From Octopus sinensis (taxonomy: Eukaryota): DNA of 64,000 bases. This document shows positions 1 through 12,290 of the stretch, one piece after another (the first letter of the stretch is position 1; each line of letters begins with the position of its first letter). A program made the translations under genes and the position numbers. The notes beneath the pieces were generated by a model. That model was not told the DNA's origin. It saw nothing but the letters and a program-made list of their open reading frames with translations, and ran no database searches. The stretch covers positions 185,938,001 to 186,002,000 of the forward strand of contig NC_042998.1 in NCBI RefSeq assembly GCF_006345805.1, given 5' to 3'.

Positions 1-237
1 CCAGCTGGACGGGACGCCAGTCCATCGCAGCGTTACTCAAGAAACAGGAAGAAAGAGTGAGAGAAAGTTTGGGCGAAAGAGTACAACAGGGGTCGTCACC
101 CCCCCCCCCCGCTGTCGAAGCCTCGTGGAGCTCTAGGTGTTTTCGCTCAATAAACGCACACAACGCCCGGTCCGGGAATCGAAACCGCGATCCTCCGACC
201 GCGAGTCCGCTGCCCTAACCACTGGGCCATTGCGTCT

Positions 238-239
<2 letters not shown>
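1..239 (-). mobile_element. tRNA-derived SINE (family V), cut by window edge
   Basis: Minus strand begins GGAGACGCAATGGCCCAGTGGTTAGGGCAGCGGACTCGCGGTC...GGTTTCGATTCCCGG with Pol III box A and box B. It later has GCGATGGACTGGCGTCCCGTCCAG, which resembles the V-domain from memory. A related 3' part is at 22790-22946. Confidence 0.8.
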
Positions 240-285
<46 letters not shown>

Positions 286-308
286 GTATGTATGTATGGA
301 TGGATGTG

Positions 309-350
<42 letters not shown>

Positions 351-359
<9 letters not shown>

Positions 360-610
360 ATTCGAGACAAAACCACTATTTAAAAACCAAACAAGGAAAG
401 ACTTAATCAATACATAAAATTTTAATATAAATTAAATAAACCGCCACTACAAATGTTTCATGTCTGCTCCGATAATCTTCAGGTGGATTTTCGATCTTCT
501 AATCAGTATCAAATTTTGTCTCGAATTATATTATATAATATTTTACTATAAAATTGGATTTAACCCTAAATCTGATTTCCCTGTAATTTTGGATTCATTC
601 CCTATATTAA
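351..610 (-). mobile_element. Non-autonomous Penelope-like fragment with inverted repeat and hammerhead-like motif
   Basis: Perfect 22-bp inverted repeat at 351-372 and 514-535. Hammerhead-like motif on minus strand at 444-486. Flanked by (TA)n on both sides. Confidence 0.5.
444..486 (-). ncRNA. Minimal type-I hammerhead ribozyme-like motif
   Basis: Minus strand reads CCAC-CTGAAGA-ttatcggagcagacat-GAAA-C-ATTT-G-TA-GTGG. Core is canonical and stem I is CCAC/GTGG; stem II is imperfect. Confidence 0.55.
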
Positions 611-638
611 TATATATATATATATATATAATATATAT

Positions 639-689
<51 letters not shown>

Positions 690-1103
690 TGTATTATATA
701 TATATGCGGGCTGCGTTGCGTTCCGTTACTTAAGAATTGAAGACATATATAGTAAATGCATTTTTTCACTCACATACACACACACACACACACACATACA
801 TACATACATAAATACATACATATGATTAGATGCATTCGAAGCTGGACGATTAAACCATTTAAGTCTTGGCTCTAATGTTAATCACGTTAAAATCCCGCCG
901 TCGTTTGTACACCCGGGTGGTCCGTACTCGAGGATGAGCTGTGACATAATATAAAAAACACGGCAATAATAAAAGAAAAGAGTGTGTGCATTGACTTGGT
1001 ATTTCCTTATTTCACCCTGAGCACTGTTCTAAGTCAATAGCCACATAAGATATCTCCACAGTTTATGTCATACTTCACTGTTTCATCGACACACTATCTA
1101 TAC

Positions 1104-1359
1104 GTGTGGTTCTCAGCAGGGGTCTGCACGACCCTTGGAGGTCCACATAAGATTTTGCTGTTAAGATTTATGTGCAATAATTTGGTTACGCTTCTGCAAT
1201 GCGCAAAATATTTTAAGAATTTTTCTATACATTTCCGAATAATATATGCTTCTAAAAATATAATGGAACTTTTTTTAAACACCGAATGTCTATGGGGGTC
1301 CAGTGAAGTAAAACAGGAATCAAAGGGGTCCACAGACAAAAAATGGTTGAGAACCACTG
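1104..1359. mobile_element. hAT (Charlie-like) MITE
   Basis: TIRs GTGTGGTTCTCAGC / GTTGAGAACCACTG of CAGTGGTTCTCAAC type, subterminal GGGGTCC motifs, and TCTATA/CCTATA-like flanks. Confidence 0.65.
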
Positions 1360-1879
1360 GTCCTATACTTTAGAGGATAATGGTTCAGCTCGCTAAGTCA
1401 TTCCCGGCCATTTTGGATTTATAACGGTTTTGTGTATTAAACTATTCATCACTTCATCTTCTTCCTCTACCTTCTGCTTCTTGCCAGTTTCCTTCCACGA
1501 ATCTTTTTTTTATTTGAGTTTATCCTTTGAGAATCGCTACAGCAGTAGCAGCAACAGCACTGTCCTCATCATACCAGACATCTACAATTCAGAGATTATG
1601 TTTGGAACCAAAAAAAAAAAAGAAAAAAAAAACTTCAGTTAACTATCTCTCACATAGAGTGCAGATATGCTGAAAGCATTTTGGAAAACAAGTAAAACAG
1701 CAAAAAAAAAAAAAAAAGGATGATCATGAGCAACAGAAACAACAAAAACAAAGAAAATTGTAAGAACAGCTTAGAAGAGGAACAAGAATCACGGTAAATA
1801 TAATATGAATAGCACAAGTAGTGACGTAAAGAATTTCAGTAACTGTAAATTTATCAACAGCGACACCTGCGGTCGTTAC

Positions 1880-1912
1880 AATAACAACGACGACAACAAC
1901 AGCAGCAGCAGC

Positions 1913-1979
<67 letters not shown>

Positions 1980-2003
1980 CAACAACAACAACAACAGCAA
2001 CAA
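1880..2003. repeat. (AAC)n microsatellite
   Basis: Directly visible. Confidence 0.95.
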
Positions 2004-2135
2004 CGAAATGTATACTTATATCTTCTTACTTCTTCCTGCTAACTATATCTTCGTTCCGCTTCTTATTCAAAACTTTAATATTCTTTAACGGAATTTCAAT
2101 ACAACTGCGCATACCTCGACACATACCTCAAGCGC

Positions 2136-2137
<2 letters not shown>

Positions 2138-2221
<84 letters not shown>

Positions 2222-2239
2222 GGATAGATAGAAACATAA

Positions 2240-2293
<54 letters not shown>

Positions 2294-2319
2294 GGATAGA
2301 TAGATAGATAGATAGATAC

Positions 2320-2360
<41 letters not shown>

Positions 2361-2397
2361 AACATAAATAGATAGATAGATAGATAGATAGATAGAC

Positions 2398-2449
<52 letters not shown>
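2138..2449. repeat. (GATA)n microsatellite, about 310 bp
   Basis: Directly visible. Confidence 0.95.
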
Positions 2450-2586
2450 TATCTATTTATATATCTGTCTGTCTGTCTGGTTGACTGTTTGTACGTATAG
2501 ATAAACACATAAATGTATGCATATATATGTATACACATGCACAAAACTCATACATATAAGCACACACACATGCATGTGTGTATGTA

Positions 2587-2638
<52 letters not shown>

Positions 2639-3075
2639 AGCGTGTGTTTGCGTTTGTGAAGTGAAAAATTTAGTGTGTCACTACTCAAAATTTCTAGCTG
2701 CAAGCGCTCTTCAGTTGGAGTGTTTACTTTATAGATATTAGGGAAACTTAACAGATTTTCTTATCAAAACTGAAACAGAATACAGAAAAATGGAGGGAAA
2801 AAGTGGGTGGATGATAAGCAAATTTGATAATGTCCTTTTGATATAGATAGAAATCCATTCGGTGAGAAACTTGCACAGTTATACCACTTGCTTCTGAAAT
2901 TGTATATAGAAATATTCATTAAGACTGGTAAATTAATATTGTGTACACTCATCTTTGCTTATATTAGCCAAGTAAATATATAAATGTAGGATGTGTGTGT
3001 GTGTGTGTACCTGTGTGCGTACGCGTGTGTATGTGTGTATCTATATGTATATGCATATATATATATATATATTTC

Positions 3076-3180
3076 CATAACGGCTACCTCTAATGAGTGC
3101 AGGGTTACATAATCGAACTGTTACCTAACACTCCGTTGAACCCCTAAGGTGAAACCGATTGGTAAGACCGGCCGTAATGG
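3076..3180. mobile_element. Possible tiny MITE within (TA)n
   Basis: Ends CCATAACGGC / GCCGTAATGG form an imperfect 10-bp TIR. Confidence 0.3.
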
Positions 3181-3224
3181 ATATATAATACTATACGCTT
3201 CGATTAATATATATATATATATAG

Positions 3225-3254
<30 letters not shown>

Positions 3255-3255
<1 letters not shown>

Positions 3256-3320
3256 TCTTTACTTTTCTTTTACTTGTTTCAGTCATCCGGCTGAGGCCAT
3301 GCTGGGGCACCGCCCTTGAA
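3255..3320 (-). mobile_element. 3' tail of SINE family B joined to 5S rRNA
   Basis: Minus strand TTCAAGGGCGGTGCCCCAGCATGGCCTCAGCCGGATGACTGAAACAAGTAAAAGA matches the tail of the SINE at 34100-34155. Confidence 0.8.
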
Positions 3321-3328
3321 AGTAATAG

Positions 3329-3448
3329 AATGCTTACAGCACCTAGGGTCCCAAGCGGTCACCCATCCAAGTACTAACTAGGCTCGATGTTGCTTAACTT
3401 CGGTGATCGGACGAGAACCGGTGTTTTCAACGTGATATGGCCGTATGC
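3329..3448 (-). rRNA. 5S rRNA, full length, solitary, probably pseudogene or SINE head
   Basis: Minus strand GCATACGGCCATATCACGTTGAAAACACCGGTTCTCGTCCGATCACCGAAGTTAAGC...TTAGTACTTGGATGGGTGACCGCTTGGGA...GTGCTGTAAGCATT is a typical invertebrate 5S with its internal control region. Helix I has a mismatch at position 3 and there is no T4+ terminator. Confidence 0.9.
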
Positions 3449-3856
3449 ATCTATGCCCAAGGTCTTATAAACTTCTGATTTGTTATCCAGGTGCGCATTT
3501 AGTGTTCTACGGGGGAAGGGGTTTAAACTCCAGGCCCTTGTGAAGGTAACTAAACCAGAAAATGAAGAAGTCTAAGAGATAAGCTTCAAATATACTGCCC
3601 ACTTAGTTTGTGGCAAACATTTGCACTAACTTTCTGCTATTGATATTTCCTTAAAGTGTTACTGGTCCTACAAAAACCTTCACCGTTGAAAAGAAATCAT
3701 CTGTATGGGAACAGATGCAATATTGGTTTATACATCGAAGCTGATGGGTGAAGATATGTGTGCGTGTGTGAGCGTGTGTGCGTACGTGCGTGTGTATGTA
3801 TGTATGTATGTATGTATGTATGTATGTATGTATATACACATACATGCACACACACG

Positions 3857-3892
<36 letters not shown>

Positions 3893-4069
3893 AAACAAGA
3901 ACATAATCTTTTGTGGAGAATGGCGATTTGACGTCTATATCTAGCATGTTGACTGTCCACTTTTCGTGTTCAGTCCTTAATTGGTATATATAAATATTTT
4001 AATCTTCGGATTCTTTTTTAATATGCTAGACCACTGGTTTTAATTGATAAATATTGATTTCTACCCTTA

Positions 4070-4112
<43 letters not shown>

Positions 4113-4123
4113 TATATATATAT

Positions 4124-4157
<34 letters not shown>

Positions 4158-4200
4158 GTGTGTGTGTGTGTGTGGTGTGTGGTGTGTACTGTGTGTGTGT

Positions 4201-4247
<47 letters not shown>

Positions 4248-4313
4248 AGCAAGCAAACTATCTAGTTAAGAACATCCTATAAGAGGCAAAAGCAGCATTA
4301 TACTGAGAAATGA

Positions 4314-4646
4314 TGTTTATCGCTACCTAAACATGGGTGTTCTCTAAGAACACACGATACTGCAAGATCAGTGACTGTGTGTCACTTCTTTTCTATATGT
4401 TGCAAGCTGGAGTGAACTACTACTATGTCTAGTTGATGAATATCCATCACTGAGGATGACCATAAGATCGGAACCACGCGATCTGGTGGTCTCGGTAACT
4501 GGAATATAGGGAGTTCTCTCCCTACCTGTGATATATATCGAGTGCGGAGCGCACTAAATAACTAGCTGGAGGAGCCGTTCTCCTTGGGTTAAAATAGCAG
4601 TAACGTCTGTTCTTAGAGAACACCCATGTTTAGATGACGATAAACA
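4314..4646 (+). mobile_element. Penelope-like non-autonomous element with 50-bp inverted repeats
   Basis: Inverted repeats at 4314-4363 and 4597-4646 (TAAACATGGGTGTTCTCTAAGAAC core). Degenerate hammerhead-like motif at 4444-4489. Confidence 0.5.
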
Positions 4647-4767
4647 CTATCTCTCTCTCTCTATCTCTCAGAGAGATATGACAGAAAAAATTAGAAACAA
4701 AGAACTCGAATAAGATCGTAAACTCCGACAAAACAAGAAACCTATACGCGGCTGATAATGATGTTTA

Positions 4768-4848
<81 letters not shown>

Positions 4849-5679
4849 TAAGCAATAAAGGGTTTAGCAACGAATTGCCTTACCACATACCGAATTTAGA
4901 AATAGCAGTCAAAGGGTATAGCTATTTCTTCTACTAAAAAGGGAGATCTCAGTAAAAACAGCATTGGAAGGCATATATATATATATATATATATATCTAT
5001 ATATAGGGATAAAATAAGTTTAAAAAAAACAATCAAACTTTTGGGAATCCCCAAAAGTGAGAAAAGAATGATTTCTAATAAAGGCCAGAGCAAATAATAA
5101 GAGTATGAAAATAGTAGTTTTAAAATATCGTTATAGGTATAAATATACCATAAAACAATTATAGAAAAATGGAGGAGAAAAAAAAATGTTGAATCAAAAT
5201 TTGATTTAATACAAAATAGGATTCAATACATACGCGCGTTTTAAAGGACAATACAAATATGTAAGAAAAAAATTATAATCATAGTAATTATGATTAAATG
5301 TATGCACTGTTATTCCCATCAGTGTGAGAAATTTTTGGAAAGACATCAATAAAGGTTTAATAAAATAAAGTAAAGTAAAATAAGATACAATAAGGGAGAA
5401 TACAAATGGGGTAATAGGGAAAATCGGATATCTACAAGCAAGTTGTAAAAGGGAAAAAGGGAATAAAAATGTAATAATAATAGTGAGAGAGACAAAGGAG
5501 AAAAAAGACAAACATATCAATGTGTATGCACGTCTATATGTGCAGTAAACTATAACATAAAAATAAGAGTAAAAATAGAAGTAAAAATCTAACGGATTTG
5601 TTTTTAAAAATGGTAATAGGTCGAGACGAAGTATGATGTAAGCAGGGCCACGTGTGTATAGTAGAATATAGTATCAATA

Positions 5680-6360
5680 TTTGCAAAATTGATACCTTTA
5701 AGTAATGTTCCATGTTAGAATATGGCATAAGGAGGCAGTTTACAATCATTGTAGATGTAGCAAGCATTATTGCACCACACTGTTCTTTGTTGACACGTGT
5801 ACGAAGGGATATGGTTTTATTCCCAACTTTATAAAAGCTGTATCATCTGGCTTTTCAAAATACACTATCATTCGCTCAACATTTCGAATTTGATTAAGTG
5901 AATACAGATTTTTCTTTAGCAAACCAATCATTGGAATTGAATAAGTTTTTCTTCATAGCCTTTAAGCAAAAGTTGACACGCAATGGTTCTACGGCATAGA
6001 CCAATAGAATAATCATTCATAAAGCGATGTGAGAGTCAATTACGACTTGCATTGAAAGGGAATTAGGTTTTAAAGCTTGAATACGCATCATTTGATTTAA
6101 AAGAGCACAACCAGGTTCTCTCAAATCATTCAAATTGCTTTTCAGTTCTGCTTCCAGTTCAAGAAAACTGCGTTTTCTTTTTTCACAAAATGCTTTTCGA
6201 TTTCTCGATGCGATGCTTAATTTCCAGTTTTGTTCATGTAACAGACGAATAGTGGAATCCAAAATCTCTGATTGCTTCAAGATTTCCCCTTTCTTCAGCT
6301 ACTTTTTAATATTTCTCCGGTTGTGTGAGATCGACGATTTTTCGAAGCATTCACGCTGGT
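5680..6360 (-). pseudogene. Decayed pogo-type transposase (HTH_Tnp_Tc5 plus start of DDE_1)
   Basis: Frameshifted minus-strand translation gives AEERGN..., RNRKAFCEKRKRSFLELEAELK...MMRIQA, FNASRN...RFMNDYSIGLCRRTIACQLLLKGYEEKLIQFQ, LNQIRN...VYFE and KLPPYAIF, collinear with pogo/POGK-like transposases. Confidence 0.75.
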
Positions 6361-7022
6361 GGTAATATTGATAATCTGTATACGAAAGATTACACATTTA
6401 TTGTAAGAGGAAAAGGAGTTTGTGATGTTGTATGTTCAAGCCGAATCCAGCATCTTAAAAAGGTGCAACATGATCGCAGTAACAGCTAATAAACCCTGTG
6501 CTAACATATGTTATCGTGTTAATAATCTCCGGGCTTTGAAGGTTAAGCTCAGAGAGTTTTTAATACATTAATTACGTCTCTGCCGAAGTAGTAGTATCTC
6601 ATCGATGCTCATTTACAAAGAATTTCTTAGAAATACCAGTTTCAAAGAACAGCTGTTGAGAATTTCTAACAAAATTATTACTTGTTAGTATTTCATTAAA
6701 AAAAACTGTGGTCAAAAGAATCAATTAAAGGGAAAAGTATTCCAATCTCAAAACCTTTGGAATACACGCTCATATTTAAATAGCAACTTGTACATTTGCT
6801 GATATACGCGAAGCCTTGTCTTGTTGGAATTAATTAGCTAGAAGCGTATGAAGTAGCGTGCATTGAAATATAGGTGTGTACAATTACATTTAACATGCTT
6901 ATACACACTCAGACGGGATGGGGGAGATCTTTGGTGCTGAAAAATTGTTTCGAGAGAAAAATTCGTCTTAAGAGGATGAAAAGTTCATAGACTAATCAAG
7001 ATATTCTCTGCGTCTTTATTTA

Positions 7023-7600
7023 CTAGCTTAAAAACCGCCTAACAAGGCGGCTTATGAACTAGTACATATATAAGCTGAGGGGGTGGGCTTCATTGGGCCT
7101 TGGGCCCAGCAATGATACTTCATGCATTTAGTACATATTAAGTTTTATTAAACTTGAACAATATTTTACAAGCAATGAATAATTTTCATTAAAACAATGA
7201 TATAATCTGTTAACTTGGAACTTATTCAAAGCTGCATGATAAATAATGCTTTTGTCTTTCCATTCGGGGTGAGTACAAGTAGCTTATTTCCGTTTCCTAC
7301 CGTTGAAGAACCAACGTATAGCTGGCCGTAGGCAACAATAAACTTACCTTTTAAAAGTTCAACGATAATTCTTCTGCCGCCATTTAATTTAAAGACAGTT
7401 TGATGTACGTCGGGCCTTACTCTTCGTACAAACAATTATTTGTAGTGGCTGGGATGTATCTAAACTCCTGTTCGTAGTCTGAAGGGAAATTACACCACTG
7501 TCGCTAAACACTATTTTAAAGTGCCATTCTATGGCTTGGAATTACTCTAAACGTATTTGACTACAAACATGGTTGAAATTTAGTATTTTTAAATATTTTT
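7023..7600 (-). mobile_element. Helitron remnant (3' end plus helicase C-terminal fragment)
   Basis: GQLYVGSSTVGNGNKLLVLTPNGKT resembles Pif1-type motif VI (GQLYVA.SRV). CTAG terminus at 7023-7026 with a CCGCC...GGCGG hairpin. The 5' boundary is uncertain. Confidence 0.65.
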
Positions 7601-8115
7601 AAAGGTAGTAATAAGATTAGTCGGATCTATTTTCATGCAGTCGGAGTGCGCTAAATTTCCATAGCTCCGACGGCCGACGACATGAAAATAGGTCCAACAA
7701 ATTTTATTAATATCTGAAAAAAATACTAAGTTCCCAACATTTTTATGGTAGACAGTTATGAGAGGTAATATTGTATGGGAGAGTGAGAGGGAGGGGGTGA
7801 GGTGAGGTGGGGTGTAGGTGCGTTGACTGAAGGGTATGTGGTTGTGGCTGTGAGAATGGGTGAGGGTGGCGGTGGTGTGTGTGTGTGTGTGTATGTGTGT
7901 GCACATGTATGGGTATGTGTGCGTGTTTATCTGTGTATCATTCTGTCGCGCGTTGTCTCACTATATAAATGTGTTTGTATCTCTGTGTCACTCTGTTGCG
8001 TGCGTGTGTGGAAGTGTATGTACGTCCGTGTATGTATGTAAGTATTTATGTATGCATGTATGTATGTATGCATTATATATATATATACACACAGAAACAC
8101 ACACACACGCGCACA

Positions 8116-8153
<38 letters not shown>

Positions 8154-8314
8154 GACAATCCAATAATTTATTTATATTATAATATGATATTCTGGAAATA
8201 TAATATAATATAATATAACATAAACAATTATTTTTTAAAATTCCACAAAAGCCAACAATTTGTTTCGACTTATAAACATTTTTTGATATATAAACATTCA
8301 ATTTCCTTATATAT

Positions 8315-8359
<45 letters not shown>

Positions 8360-8406
8360 TGTGTTTGTGTGTGGTGTGTGTGGTGTGTTTTGTGCGGTGT
8401 GTGTGT

Positions 8407-8685
8407 ATGTATTTATGTATATATACTTATTGTATAACATTTTACCCTTTTATGTATACTCCTTTATGTACACTGTTTTGCTCTACTTTTTTTTTGTTTA
8501 GCCCTATAGTTTCTTATGTGGTGGTTTAAATAAAGTATGTGATTGAGTATTATCTGGTAATTGATATTTGATTTAGATGTATTTCTCCATTTTCTTATTT
8601 TGTATATATATATATATATATAAAAATAAGAAAATGGAGAAATATATATATATATATATTATATATATATATATATATATGTATA

Positions 8686-8724
<39 letters not shown>

Positions 8725-8742
8725 TATATAGATATATATATA

Positions 8743-8776
<34 letters not shown>

Positions 8777-9019
8777 TGCGTGTGTGTGTGTATGTATTTA
8801 TGTATATATACTTATTGTATAACATTACCTTTTATGTATACTCCTTTATGTACACTGTTTTGCTCTACTTTTTTTTTGTTTAGCCCTATAGTTTCTTATG
8901 TGGTGGTTTAATAAAGTATGTGTTGAGTATTATCTGGTAATTGATATTTGATTTAGATGTATTTCTCCATTTTCTTATTTTGTATATATATATAATATAC
9001 AAAATAAGAAAATGGAGAA

Positions 9020-9021
<2 letters not shown>
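8407..9021. repeat. Tandem duplication of a ~235-bp AT-rich unit ending in a hairpin
   Basis: 8407-8645 and 8793-9021 are nearly identical. Each ends in ATTTCTCCATTTTCTTATTTT-(TA)n-AAAATAAGAAAATGGAGAAAT. Confidence 0.85.
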
Positions 9022-9056
<35 letters not shown>

Positions 9057-9269
9057 TATGTATATATAATATATATATAATATGTATATATATATATATA
9101 TATAATATAGCAGGAGAGAAAAAGCGGACTAACACAATTACCATGAAAGAGAGATACAGAGAAAGGAATGAAAGAGAAAGAGAGAGAATGAAAGAGAGAG
9201 AGAGAGAGAGATTATTATCGAGATAGCCACCGTGGCTCAAATTTCTGAAAATGTTAAGAAATTAAACTA

Positions 9270-9525
9270 AAACACAAATGAATTGAGAGGACATGTGTCG
9301 TATAAGGAAGATGTCATCTGGATAAAAAGTAACAAGTGGTCGAAGAGGAAGGAATTTAAAACAAAGAAAAACCAGGGAAGACTTGGAATGAAGTGGTTAA
9401 CGCTGAACCGCACAAAATAGACGATAAAAAGGCATCGAAAAGTGGCGAGAAACCGTATTGGAGAAGATATGTTCAACGCATGCAAGCGTGGGAAAATTGT
9501 AAAATGAGCGCAACAACGATGAAGA
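9270..9525 (+). mobile_element. Decayed RTE-type LINE 3' fragment
   Basis: GHV..., GRRGR...PGKTWNEVVNA and WRR match the ORF2 end of the RTE copy at 45500-45660 (RGRPRKTWDEVV). Confidence 0.5.
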
Positions 9526-9551
9526 CATACATACATACATACATACATACA

Positions 9552-9613
<62 letters not shown>

Positions 9614-9643
9614 CAAACATACATACATACATACATACATACA

Positions 9644-9674
<31 letters not shown>

Positions 9675-9949
9675 GTACGAACACACACACACACATTCGC
9701 GTATGTACGAAATTAGATGTGTAAATAGGATACGTATGTGTGTGTGTGTCCAGAAATCGAAAAAGAGTAGATGAAAGAGAGGAAAGAGTGCGGTGGACGG
9801 ATTTAAGAGGTAAGGTTCGTAGCTAAGAATACAATGACACCGGAATGCTTGCAGTTGCCGAGAGTGAAAGAGAAAAAGAAAGGAACTACTGGCACTGTCA
9901 GGAGAGAGAGAAAGAGTAGGAGGGGGAGGAGAAAGAAAGAAAGAAAGGA

Positions 9950-10014
<65 letters not shown>

Positions 10015-10757
10015 AAAGAAGAAAGAAAGAAAGAAAAAAAGAAAGAAAGAAAAAAGAAGGCAAGAAAGAAGGAAAGAAAGAAAGAAAGAACGAACGAAAG
10101 AAAGAAATAGAGAAAGAGAGAAAGAGAGAGAGAGAAAGAGAGAGAGAAAGAAAGCGAAAGAAAGACACTGCTATCGAGGAAGATATGCTCACTCCAATTT
10201 CCGAAAAGGTTAAGAAGTTAAATTAGAATATCCATAGAAATGTTTAAAGGTTATCGAGATACACTTTCTTCGCAAAGTCGTCAGTCTATTACCATGGTCA
10301 TGTTATACGCTGCAATCACGCGATCTAATGTAATGATAAGACAGTATATTACGTGACCAACAGACAAAAGATAAAATAATGTTGTTTTGTTTTTTTCGAA
10401 TACTGTACGTTTTATATGTCATCTAATTCCATTTTGATGATAGGCGCACATTACACAATTCTAAGAAAATGCTGGGCGACAAAGAAAAAAAATGGAAAAA
10501 TTTTGTGCTGGTTCTTTGTTTTTTTTTTCGAGAGGCGTAAAATGACGTCATTAATTTAGTTTACATACGGACATGTGTGGATATATCTATCTATGGGGAG
10601 ATATATGTATATGAAAGTCTGTGTGTGTATATGTTATCGTTTCTCATTGTGTTCGACGTTTTTTTTTTTGGTGTCCTGTACTCATATATGCGTGTATATA
10701 TACATGTAGAGGTAGGTACGTACATATATGTATATATATATGCATATGTTTTATTTA

Positions 10758-10788
<31 letters not shown>

Positions 10789-10792
<4 letters not shown>

Positions 10793-11002
10793 AGGGTGAC
10801 CACTAAGTGGACACTCATTATGCTAGAAGCTGCCCCCCTATGGTCTTACCACTAAGAAAGGAATGTTCTCAAGAATATTTAGCAAACGCCAGAACGTTCT
10901 GGCGTTTGCTAAATTTTCGTGAGAACATTCCTTTCTTAATGGTAAGACATTAGGGGGTTCACTTCTAGCATAATGGATGTCCACTTAGTGGTCATCTCTC
11001 TT
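10789..11002. mobile_element. Spacerless ~214-bp palindromic (foldback) MITE-like element
   Basis: Arms TGACCACTAAGTGGAC...TTTAGCAAACGCCAGAAC | GTTCTGGCGTTTGCTAAA...GTCCACTTAGTGGTCA, with the centre at 10895/10896. Confidence 0.85.
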
Positions 11003-11172
11003 ACCACACTGTCATCTAATTACATACGTCTGCGACCAAAAGAAAAAAAGAGTTTCATATTTATTGGGTGAAACTGATCAATTTTTACCAACTGGTTTCA
11101 AAACTTTCTAAGAAATTGTTCTTCACAAAATTGATCATTGCACTTTATCAATATACCCGAATTTGACTGTTT

Positions 11173-11545
11173 TTGGCAGAATCTTTAGCACGCCGAGCGA
11201 AATACTTAGCGGTATTTTGTCTGCCGCTACGTTCTGAGTTCAAATTCTGCCGAGGTCAACTTTGCCTTTCATCCTTTCAGGGTCGATTAAATAAGTATCA
11301 GTTACGCACTGGGGTGGATATAATCGACTTAATCCGTTTGTCTGTCCTTGTTTGTCCTCTCTGTTTTTAGCCCCTTGTGGGCAGTAAAGAAATAGGTATT
11401 TCGTCTGCCGATACGTTCTGAGTTCAAATTCCGCTGAGGTCGACTTTGCCTCTCATCCTTTCAGGGCCGATAGATTAAGTACCAGTGAAACACTGGGGTA
11501 GATGTAAATTTCAGGCCTTGTACCTATAGCAGAAAGGATTGTTAG
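11173..11545 (+). mobile_element. SINE family A, dimeric
   Basis: Head TGGCAGAA...GTTCAAATTC with Pol III boxes, centre GCCTTTCATCCTTTC...AAGTACCAG, and a second 5'-truncated monomer starting at GGTATTTCGTCTG. Confidence 0.85.
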
Positions 11546-11789
11546 TATTAGTCGCCACATTTAAATAGACTATGACAGGATAGCTAATAGGTGTAAATTT
11601 GTAAAATAAGCATCTAGCAACGTTTAGATCACTTCAGCTACAGAGAAAGGTTCTTGCATCACTGTTGCAAGCAATGACGAGAGAAAGACGTGATTTACAA
11701 GGTTATGTTGCTTAGCTTAAAACGTATCTTTTTTCTTTTCAGTTATATCCTCATGCCTTTTTTCAATGCATATATGCTACATACATTGT

Positions 11790-12290
11790 TTTCTTGTGTA
11801 TGTTACATTTGAACATGTTTCTTTAAATATTTGATGTGTATACGTAGATGGTAAATCAAATATATGCGATTAAAAATGTACCCTTCTCTTTTCCTTACAG
11901 ACCTCCACATCACTTGAAAACTAACCAAAGATGGAAATTTTGAAAACCCTCGTAGTGATTTTGAAAAGGTTTTTAAAGATGTGATGAAGAACTTCTTAAT
12001 CATAAGGATCCAAACTACAAACACATAGTGGGAAAATGTTGGAAAGGTTCGCGGCCTTTGGATGTAAAACGAGCATAAAAGTTAATTTGCGACATGCCAA
12101 TTTGGATTTCTTTCCAGAAAATCTAAGAGATATGAGTGGGGAGCAGGGAGAAAGGTTTCATCAATATGGAAAGAAGATATAAGGAGAGATGAAATATCTG
12201 TTGGATGTTGCATCGTAAATGTTCATCAAACGCTCACGAGCGAAAGAGTCCCAGGCGTAATTACCCAGTGAAAAAGAGGGGATTTTGAGG
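11790..12290 (+). pseudogene. Decayed DNA transposase C-terminus, Chapaev3-like
   Basis: FKDVMKNFL..HKDPNY.HIV...FAAFGCKTSIKVNLRHANLDFFPENLRDMSGEQGERFHQ..MERRY matches the motif recalled for CMC/Chapaev3 transposases. Confidence 0.7.

Noticed and set aside
165-239. tRNA gene
   Set aside because: It is a tRNA-like SINE head that continues into a SINE body, without a proper acceptor stem or terminator. The same applies to the family A and B heads.
5225-5260. Half hammerhead-like AAACGCGCGTA on minus strand
   Set aside because: No upstream CUGANGA or stems found.
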